Made by a program: the position numbers and the translations under genes
Shown here: positions 25,931 to 32,000 of the stretch, one piece after another
Numbering within the stretch: the stretch's first letter is position 1
Layout of the letters: every line of letters begins with the position of its first letter
The notes under the pieces: generated by a model
Seen by the model: the letters and a program-made list of their open reading frames with translations, nothing else
What the model was told of the DNA's origin: nothing
Database searches by the model: none
Assembly: GCF_000025945.1 (NCBI RefSeq)
Contig: NC_006138.1
Coordinates: forward strand, 2,820,001 to 2,852,000
DNA: 32,000 nt
DNA from: Desulfotalea psychrophila LSv54
GTDB taxonomy: Bacteria; Desulfobacterota; Desulfobulbia; Desulfobulbales; Desulfocapsaceae
Direction of reading: 5' to 3'

Positions 25931-27033
25931 TAAGCCTCCGACAGAGATTCAGAATTTTCATCAAGCCTACGCGCACCATCAAATAACAATTTCATAAAAC
26001 TATCTATGGGTTTTAAATCTTTTTCCTCTGCAGATAAACCCTGAATAAAGCAGAATCGGCCACTATCCAGACCCAGCAAAGCGTTGAAGGCATCTCTGTC
26101 CAACAGATCATTATAGCTGGCAGCCACCAACTCCCCCTCACTAAAACTCAGCCAAGCATCGACAAGTCCCGGCCCATCTATCTCCATCCGACCAGTTTTT
26201 TTTGTAGAGTACAAGAGTTGGCAGATCTCCGGAAAAGCCATATCAGCAAGTTGCCCCTGCAGGGCTGGAGCCTGAGCTCTTTTACGGGTGATAAGGGCTA
26301 TATAATTCGCTACCAATTTATATAAGGGGGAATAGAGATCAGGAAACATCTTGAGGAGATAATAGAAATTCTCCTGAGTCATCTCCCCCACCCGACAGGC
26401 CTCCAAAGGCACAATCGTAGCTACTACAGGATTACCAGAAAAGAGGGCAGACAAACCAAAGATATCTCCAGCACCAAGTTCTGTCAGCTGCTGACCATCT
26501 GCATCAACAATCTCGACACGACCTGAAAGGAGGATGCTCAAGTGAGGACGCAGAGCGCCTTGGGAGATAATAGGAGAATGAGGAGAATACTCTCGCAACT
26601 CAAACAGAGTTTTCACCTCTGCCAAATCGCTCTCCGAGAGGACTTTAAATATATCTAACTCAGATATCACCCTGCTAAAATCTGAATCATTCGTTAGTTC
26701 AGAACGACGCTCAGCTGCGGCAAGCATCTTCATCTGGGGAGTAAGAAATTTTTCCCTCTCCTTTCTAAGTTCAAAACAGGCAAAACCTTCACAGCCACTA
26801 CCCCGACAATCAAAATAAACGGCACTATTGACAATATGATGTCCCGCTCTCTGCTCTTTGCTCTTCAAAGAGCGAAGCTCTAAAAGCAGATCGGCCAGGG
26901 CTGGACAGGCAGACTTGCTCACGGGAAGGACTATTTGTCCCTCCCGCGCACAAAACTCTTGGCGAGCACTATAGAGGGGACAATCATCTTCTTCTCTTAG
27001 AACAAAGATGCCATCTATAGTTTGCTTTTCCAT
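25930..27033 (-). CDS. Three-module protein: Cys-rich N-domain, CAP-type (cyclic-nucleotide-binding-like) effector domain, DUF4388
   Basis: The start is taken at MEKQT (ATG at 27033, 1 nt after the upstream stop). There are six Cys in the first ~95 aa. The CAP-ED pattern is FKVLSESDLAEV...ISQG...LLSGRVEIV...LGAGDIFGLSALF. The DUF4388 pattern is LQGQLADMAFPEICQLLYSTKKTGRMEI...GELVAASY...DAFNALLGLDSGRFCF. Confidence 0.75.
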   Translation of the reverse strand: MEKQTIDGIFVLREEDDCPLYSARQEFCAREGQIVLPVSKSACPALADLLLELRSLKSKEQRAGHHIVNSAVYFDCRGSGCEGFACFELRKEREKFLTPQMKMLAAAERRSELTNDSDFSRVISELDIFKVLSESDLAEVKTLFELREYSPHSPIISQGALRPHLSILLSGRVEIVDADGQQLTELGAGDIFGLSALFSGNPVVATIVPLEACRVGEMTQENFYYLLKMFPDLYSPLYKLVANYIALITRKRAQAPALQGQLADMAFPEICQLLYSTKKTGRMEIDGPGLVDAWLSFSEGELVAASYNDLLDRDAFNALLGLDSGRFCFIQGLSAEEKDLKPIDSFMKLLFDGARRLDENSESLSEA

Positions 27034-27034
27034 G

Positions 27035-27367
27035 TTAATCCGAACCGCCGAAGATAAGGTAAATAACAATGGCCAAAGAGACAGCCCCACCAACAAGAAC
27101 AGGAATAATCTTAAATATCTGCACCTCGCCATTAACAACAAGAGCACCCATGTACTCTGTCCCTGAGACAAACCAAACAAGAATCAGAACAGCTGCTATA
27201 ATTATCCCCTTCCACTTCTGGCGATAGACCATATAGGCAAGCCAACAGGCAATGGGCATAAAAAACCAAGGATTAGAGACGAGGGCAGCGATATCCACAT
27301 CCGCTACCTGCTGTGGTATCCGAGTCGAGATCCAAGCACTCAGAAGTTTTTCCCAAAACACTGCCAT
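27035..27367 (-). CDS. Small integral membrane protein (110 aa, about 3 TM segments)
   Basis: Hydrophobic segments WFFMPIACWLAYMVY, GIIIAAVLILVWFV and IIPVLVGGAVSLAIVIYLIF. It sits 10 nt downstream of thiC and 1 nt upstream of the next gene. Confidence 0.6.
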   Translation of the reverse strand: MAVFWEKLLSAWISTRIPQQVADVDIAALVSNPWFFMPIACWLAYMVYRQKWKGIIIAAVLILVWFVSGTEYMGALVVNGEVQIFKIIPVLVGGAVSLAIVIYLIFGGSD

Positions 27368-27377
27368 ATTTCACCTT

Positions 27378-28658
27378 CTATTTTTGTGATCGCTCAAAAA
27401 CTTTTAAGGCACAAAACTCGCCACACATGGAGCAGGCATCGGTGGCATCACCACCACCTTCATGACGGTATTGGGCAGATTTTGCAGGATCAATAGAAAG
27501 TTCAATTTGACCCTTCCAGTCAAGTTCCTTGCGACATTTAGCCATGGCATTATCTTTTTCAATAGCACCGGGCAAGCCCTTAACAATATCTGCTGCATGA
27601 GCTGCAATCTTAGAGGCAATAACCCCCTCATGCACATCGGAACAGTTCGGTAATTTCAGATGCTCAGCAGGTGTCACATAACAGAGATAATCGGCACCGG
27701 CAGAGGCGGCAATAGCGCCACCAATGGCCCCGGTAATATGATCATAACCTGGAGCAATATCTGTTACCAGTGGCCCAAGCACATAAAAAGGAGCACCCTT
27801 ACACATCTGCTTTTGCAGAAGAACATTTGCCTTAATCTGATTCAGTGGCATATGACCGGGGCCCTCAACAATCACCTGAACACCAGCAGCCCAGGCCCGT
27901 TCGGTAAGCTCACCGAGAGTAATAAGCTCCTGAATTTGGTTACGATCAGTTGCATCGGCAAGACAACCGGGGCGAATACCATCCCCCAGACTCAAGGTTA
28001 CCTCATGCTCTTTCAAAATAGCAAGAAGGTCATCAAAATATTCATACATTGGATTCTCACGCTTATGGTGATTCATCCAATCCAGGGTAAAAGAACCGCC
28101 ACGACTGACAACACCCATGGTACGAGGTTGATTTTTAAGACGCTCCTGCAGGTGACGATTGATGCCACAGTGAATGGTCATAAAATCAACACCATCCTTA
28201 GCCTGTTGCTCAATCACCTCAAACATGCGCTCAACGGTCATGTCGACAATTTCTTTTCCTGCAGCGACGACCTCAGCGGCAACCTGATAGATAGGCACTG
28301 TTCCCAAAGGGACAGAACAATTCTTCAATATTTCCTGGCGTATCTTCTGCAGATCACCACCCATGGAGAGATCCATAATGGTATCAGCACCAGCTTTTAT
28401 GGCAACAGCCAACTTTTTCAGCTCTTCTTCCAAACTATTGATATCTTTAGATGAACCCAGGTTAGCATTAACCTTGGTCGAGGTACCCGCACCAATAGCT
28501 ATAACCTTAGAAAACGCATGATTCTTATTCTTAGTTATAGCGATGGTTCCATCGCTGACGCCAGCCATCAACCTCTCTACAGACATTGATTCTACGGCGG
28601 CGCATTGCTCAAATAAGGGGGTGACTTTACCCTGTTGGGCATCTTCTCTAATGGACAT
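27378..28658 (-). CDS. thiC: Phosphomethylpyrimidine synthase, ThiC-family radical-SAM enzyme (short form)
   Basis: VEGPGHMPLNQI, PFYVLGPLVTDIAPGYDHITGAIGGA and the C-terminal Cys motif CSMCGEFCALK. The start is taken at the ATG at 28658, with GGAG 6 nt upstream. From sequence alone I cannot exclude a ThiC paralog such as BzaF-type HBI synthase. Confidence 0.8.
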   Translation of the reverse strand: MSIREDAQQGKVTPLFEQCAAVESMSVERLMAGVSDGTIAITKNKNHAFSKVIAIGAGTSTKVNANLGSSKDINSLEEELKKLAVAIKAGADTIMDLSMGGDLQKIRQEILKNCSVPLGTVPIYQVAAEVVAAGKEIVDMTVERMFEVIEQQAKDGVDFMTIHCGINRHLQERLKNQPRTMGVVSRGGSFTLDWMNHHKRENPMYEYFDDLLAILKEHEVTLSLGDGIRPGCLADATDRNQIQELITLGELTERAWAAGVQVIVEGPGHMPLNQIKANVLLQKQMCKGAPFYVLGPLVTDIAPGYDHITGAIGGAIAASAGADYLCYVTPAEHLKLPNCSDVHEGVIASKIAAHAADIVKGLPGAIEKDNAMAKCRKELDWKGQIELSIDPAKSAQYRHEGGGDATDACSMCGEFCALKVFERSQK

Positions 28659-29081
28659 TTTCTTCTCCAAATTGCGGGTCAAGATATCGCCTCAAACACC
28701 ACATCACATATTATATAACTTCGACAAATCCAAAAGATCATACAGGGAGCAGAGATACAGCCACTCCTCCCGCAAATATCTCCCAGAATAACGACAGCTA
28801 GCTTACTATATAATGTTCTTTAGTCACAGAAAAAGTGACGGTCGCCCTTGCATTTCCACCCCTCCCAGCCAAGCAAACAGGAAAGGCAAAATAAAAAAAC
28901 AGGCCGGCATTATATAAGGATTGAAAACAACAGCTTTTTTTAATTTTCTCCCTTTCATCTCAAAAAAAGAAAACTACTCTGAAAAAATCTTTTTCTTGCC
29001 TTCTATGTTATATACAGTTTTAAAGAGCACTTCTAGCCCCCCATAGAGGGGAATAATAATAACCAAAATTTTCCTACGACC

Positions 29082-29615
29082 ATGATACAAAAAAAATCAA
29101 ATATCATTCTTATCGGCATGCCCGGCTCCGGCAAAAGCACTGTTGGCGTCATCCTCGCCAAAACCCTGGGTATGGAATTCGTTGACACAGATATCCTTAT
29201 TCAGTCTGCTGAGAACAGAACCCTGCAAACTATCGTTGATAATGAGGGACATATCGTGCTCAGGGAGATAGAAGAGAGGGTCCTCTTAACCGTTGATCAC
29301 AAGAAACATATCGTCGCCACCGGTGGCAGCGCTGCCTATAGCGAAGCTGCCATGCTCCACCTCAAGGAGGATGGTATTATTGTTTTTCTCCATGCAGACC
29401 TCGCTGCCCTCTGCGCACGAATACATAACTACGAAACCCGTGGCATTGCCAAGAGACCCGAGCAGAGCTTTGACGATCTCTTTGCTGAGAGACTCGCCCT
29501 CTATAAAAAATATGCTGATATCACCATCCTCAGCTCTGAAATTTCACAGGACGACGTGGTAGAGACGGTGATAAGAGAGGTTGAAAAATATGACTTCCGG
29601 GCAGAAAAGTCTTAA
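29082..29615 (+). CDS. aroK: Shikimate kinase
   Basis: 177 aa with Walker A GMPGSGKSTVG followed by FVDTD, and an SB/lid pattern (ATGGSA). Confidence 0.85.
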   Translation: MIQKKSNIILIGMPGSGKSTVGVILAKTLGMEFVDTDILIQSAENRTLQTIVDNEGHIVLREIEERVLLTVDHKKHIVATGGSAAYSEAAMLHLKEDGIIVFLHADLAALCARIHNYETRGIAKRPEQSFDDLFAERLALYKKYADITILSSEISQDDVVETVIREVEKYDFRAEKS

Positions 29616-29650
29616 AATAGTTGTTATCCCCCCCTCCCATCGACGATAAT

Positions 29651-29992
29651 ATGAAAAAGGCAGGCAAGCGCATCAAAAGAGAAAAGCGAGCAGTAGGTTT
29701 AATGATTCAACTCTACTGCCGACATAACCATCCTGGCCATGAGGGTATCTGTGCCGAATGCGCTGAGCTTCTCGCCTATGCCCATAAACGACTCGACGGC
29801 TGTAAATACGGGGAAGATAAAACTACATGTGGAAAATGCCGAACTCATTGCTATCGGCCTGAAATGCGAATGAAAATCTGCAAGGTCATGCGCTATTCCG
29901 GCCCACGCATGCTGTTTCGCCATCCTCTTATTGCTCTTGGCCATATCTTTGCCGGATTACGAAAACCACGTGACCCATCACACTCTTCGTAA
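29651..29992 (+). CDS. YgbA-like (nitrous-oxide-stimulated-promoter family) Cys-rich protein
   Basis: The start is taken at MKKAGK. KREKRAVGLMIQLYCRHNH...CAECAELLAYAHKRLDGCKYGEDKTTCGKCRTHCYRPEMR...MRYSGPRMLFRHP matches the family pattern as I recall it. Confidence 0.7.
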   Translation: MKKAGKRIKREKRAVGLMIQLYCRHNHPGHEGICAECAELLAYAHKRLDGCKYGEDKTTCGKCRTHCYRPEMRMKICKVMRYSGPRMLFRHPLIALGHIFAGLRKPRDPSHSS

Positions 29993-30002
29993 AGGATACA
30001 CC

Positions 30003-30890
30003 ATGAAAATTCTTCTCTCTGGCTCCTCTGGCCTGGTGGGAACTGCCCTTTTAGAAAGGCTTTTCCAGGATGGCCACAGTATTACCTGTCTCAAGAGACA
30101 AAAGGCCGGATCGGACAAAAAAATCTGGAACACAGACAGACTAACAGACGATACTTTTGATGCTGTCATTCATCTGGCAGGGGATAGCATTGTAGGGGGC
30201 CGATGGACCAAAGGCAAAAAACAGCGCATACGTGATAGCCGTATCCTTGGCACAAGAGAACTTGTCCAATTTCTCGGTAAACTAACTACCCCACCAAAGG
30301 TTTTTTGCTGTGCCTCGGCGGTTGGCTACTACGGCAGTAGAGGCGACACCGTTCTGACAGAAAGTAGCCCCAAGGGCACAGGCTTTCTAGCCGATATCTG
30401 TCGCGACTGGGAGGAGGAGGCAGGTAAAATTGCAAGCCGAGGCTGTCGAGTCGTAAACCTTCGCTTTGGCATGATACTCAGCCCAAGGGGCGGTGCCCTA
30501 CAGAAAATGCTACCCGCCTTTCGCTTGGGACTTGGCGGGAAAGTTGGCAATGGCCAACAGATTATCAGCTGGGTGAGCATCCGTGATATAGAGGAGATAG
30601 TGCCCTTTATCCTTGCCCATAGCGAGATAGAAGGGCCTGTAAATGTCGTTTCTCCACAGTCCACGACCAATGCAGAGCTGGGCAAGAACTTGGGAAAGAT
30701 ACTAAGCAAACCCACCTTTATGGTCCTGCCCAGACTTATGGCCTCAATAATTGCCGGCAGTGAAATAACCCAGGAGATGCTTCTGGCAAGCACCAAGGCT
30801 AGTCCGCAAAAATTAGTGGCGGCAGGCTATGAATTCCGCGACAAAAGTCTGAACAAGACCCTCCTCTTTTGTCTGGAAAAGAACGCTTAA
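30003..30890 (+). CDS. TIGR01777-type NAD-dependent epimerase/dehydratase family protein (YfcH-like, C-terminal DUF1731)
   Basis: The start is taken at MKILLSGSSGLVGTAL (Rossmann GxxGxxG). It has the ...HLAG...RWT..K...I..SR pattern and a C-terminal segment ending ...L..AGYEF. Confidence 0.85.
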   Translation: MKILLSGSSGLVGTALLERLFQDGHSITCLKRQKAGSDKKIWNTDRLTDDTFDAVIHLAGDSIVGGRWTKGKKQRIRDSRILGTRELVQFLGKLTTPPKVFCCASAVGYYGSRGDTVLTESSPKGTGFLADICRDWEEEAGKIASRGCRVVNLRFGMILSPRGGALQKMLPAFRLGLGGKVGNGQQIISWVSIRDIEEIVPFILAHSEIEGPVNVVSPQSTTNAELGKNLGKILSKPTFMVLPRLMASIIAGSEITQEMLLASTKASPQKLVAAGYEFRDKSLNKTLLFCLEKNA

Positions 30891-30893
30891 AAC

Positions 30894-30938
30894 AAAAAAG
30901 CCACCCATCCCCGACAGGGGAGAGGTGGCTTTTATTTT
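30894..30938. terminator. Bidirectional rho-independent terminator between the epimerase gene and purC
   Basis: An A-run, then stem agccacc-ca-tcccc / gggga-ga-ggtggct with loop gaca, then ttttatttt. Confidence 0.8.
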
Positions 30939-30951
30939 ACACAGACAGAAA

Positions 30952-31842
30952 TTACTTTCCAGTAATTCTCTCTACTGCCTCGTCATAACGAGCCTTGGTT
31001 TTGACAATAATCTCCTCTGGCAGAGGAGGTGCAGGCGGATTCTTATCCCAGTCAAGACTTGAAAGATAATCGCGCAAATACTGCTTATCAAAACTTTCCT
31101 GACTCTTACCGGGCTCATACTTATCCGCTGCCCAAAAACGAGAAGAATCAGGGGTAAGCACCTCATCGATAAGGATAATCTTACCATCTACTTCGCCAAG
31201 CTCAAATTTTGTATCGGCAATAATAACACCCTTAGTACGGGCATAATCTGCGGCACGGGTATAAAGCGCCTTACTGATCCGGGCAATTTGTTCAGCTTTT
31301 TCGACGCCGACAATTTCCTGCATACGCTCAAAAGAGATATTTTCGTCGTGATCACCAAGCTCTGCCTTAGTAGAAGGGGTAAAGATCGGCTCGGGAAATT
31401 TATCAGACTCCTGCATTCCCTCAGGAAGCTGAAAACCACAAACATTGGTATCTTGCTGATAGGCCTTCCAAAAAGAACCTGAAATATAACCACGAACAAT
31501 ACATTCGATGGGCAGAGGCTTTGTTCTTTTAACCAGAATAGAACGACCGCGCAATTGCTCCGCATAGGGGGCACAGGCCTCAGGATACTCCGTAACATCG
31601 GCAGTAATCATATGGTTATCTACTATGTCAGCAAGCAGATCAAACCAAAAAAGAGATAACTGGGTAAGAATAGCACCCTTACCTGGAATAGCGCTGAGGA
31701 TAACATCATAGGCTGAGATTCTATCGGTTGCAACCATAAGCAACTTATCATCATGCCCAGGAATTGCATACATATCACGAACCTTACCACTGTGTACAAG
31801 GTTCAACTGTGGGAAATCTGTTGTCAACATAGCTTCTGTCAT
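30952..31842 (-). CDS. purC: Phosphoribosylaminoimidazole-succinocarboxamide (SAICAR) synthase
   Basis: 296 aa with LVHSGKVRDMY, ATDRISAYD, IVRGYISGS and IIADTKFELG motifs. Confidence 0.93.
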   Translation of the reverse strand: MTEAMLTTDFPQLNLVHSGKVRDMYAIPGHDDKLLMVATDRISAYDVILSAIPGKGAILTQLSLFWFDLLADIVDNHMITADVTEYPEACAPYAEQLRGRSILVKRTKPLPIECIVRGYISGSFWKAYQQDTNVCGFQLPEGMQESDKFPEPIFTPSTKAELGDHDENISFERMQEIVGVEKAEQIARISKALYTRAADYARTKGVIIADTKFELGEVDGKIILIDEVLTPDSSRFWAADKYEPGKSQESFDKQYLRDYLSSLDWDKNPPAPPLPEEIIVKTKARYDEAVERITGK

Positions 31843-31886
31843 ATTCTACCCTCTTTCGAATACATTTTGTAAGCACCAGTACAAAC

Positions 31887-31915
31887 AAAAAAAGCCAGGC
31901 AGAGCCGGACTTTTT
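31887..31915 (-). terminator. Rho-independent terminator downstream of the sigma-factor gene
   Basis: Minus-strand RNA AGUCCGGC-UCU-GCCUGGCU (8-position stem, one mismatch, one G-U pair) followed by a U7 run. Confidence 0.6.
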
Positions 31916-31925
31916 CAGTTACAAA

Positions 31926-32000
31926 TCAATCAACAAAAAATTTCAATTTATCTCGCCTACTCGAATGACGAAGACGATTAAGGGCCTTCTTTTCAATTTG
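31926..32000 (-). CDS. Sigma-70 family factor, C-terminal end only (RpoD-like region 4.2), truncated by the window edge
   Basis: My own translation of the reverse strand gives QIEKKALNRLRHSSRRDKLKFFVD*. This compares with the RpoD terminus ...IRQIEAKALRKLRHPSRSEVLRSFLDD. Confidence 0.6.
   Translation of the reverse strand, partial: QIEKKALNRLRHSSRRDKLKFFVD

Noticed and set aside
28659-28900. TPP riboswitch upstream of thiC
   Set aside because: One is expected from established knowledge, but I could not find the conserved CUGAGA and ACCUGAUCUGGAUAAUGCCAGCG-type core on the thiC strand. Only loose fragments are present (GGGGUGG, CUGGGAGA, GAUC..GGAU). It is not called as a feature and needs cmscan.
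1-32000. Search for mobile elements, defence systems, CRISPR arrays, tRNA/rRNA genes, prophage or toxin-antitoxin pairs
   Set aside because: I saw no direct-repeat arrays, no tRNA-like T-arm/acceptor patterns, and no integrase, transposase, nuclease, methylase or small paired ORFs. The window is housekeeping-dense with short intergenic gaps.

Overview
This window looks like densely packed core chromosome, not an accessory island. I saw no integrase, transposase, IS ends, CRISPR array, tRNA or rRNA. The gene content suggests an anaerobic, sulfate-reducer-like deltaproteobacterium (Desulfobulbales-type), which is inference only. That content includes a tungsten-type aldehyde:ferredoxin oxidoreductase with two MoeA paralogs, a short ThiC, a DVU0298-like protein and split PRODH/P5CDH.

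Gene order:
- A 5'-truncated autotransporter (+).
- gpmI (-).
- A five-gene pterin-cofactor/AOR operon (+): unknown 197-aa ORF, moeA, moeA-PBP fusion, aor, moaD-like.
- uvrC (+).
- A decayed methyl-accepting chemotaxis protein gene relic that starts at the uvrC stop codon (+).
- A small acidic ORF (+).
- A trio of PilZ (YcgR-like), FliK-like and FlhB-C-terminal-like genes (+).
- yciI-like (+).
- A minus-strand block: proline dehydrogenase, P5C dehydrogenase, then a five-gene Liv-type ABC importer.
- Two tandem paralogous lipoproteins (the second is FlgO-like) plus an atypical SDR (+).
- A tightly coupled minus-strand operon: thiC, a small membrane protein, a Cys-rich/CAP-effector/DUF4388 protein, and a HEAT-like protein.
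- aroK, a YgbA-like Cys-rich protein and a TIGR01777-type epimerase (+).
- purC (-).
- The last 24 codons of an RpoD-like sigma factor (-).

Nothing here is a clear-cut novel system. The most promising leads are:
- The orphan c-di-GMP receptor / hook-ruler-like / export-switch-like module. Its middle gene appears interrupted at a T6 run.
- The thiC-linked sensor-like operon, which has a long leader I could not assign to any riboswitch.
- The unknown ORF translationally coupled to the W/Mo cofactor genes.
- The paralogous lipoprotein pair with a sigma-28-like promoter and an SDR that lacks the catalytic Lys.

Many ORFs in the track are antisense shadows of real genes and were not called.
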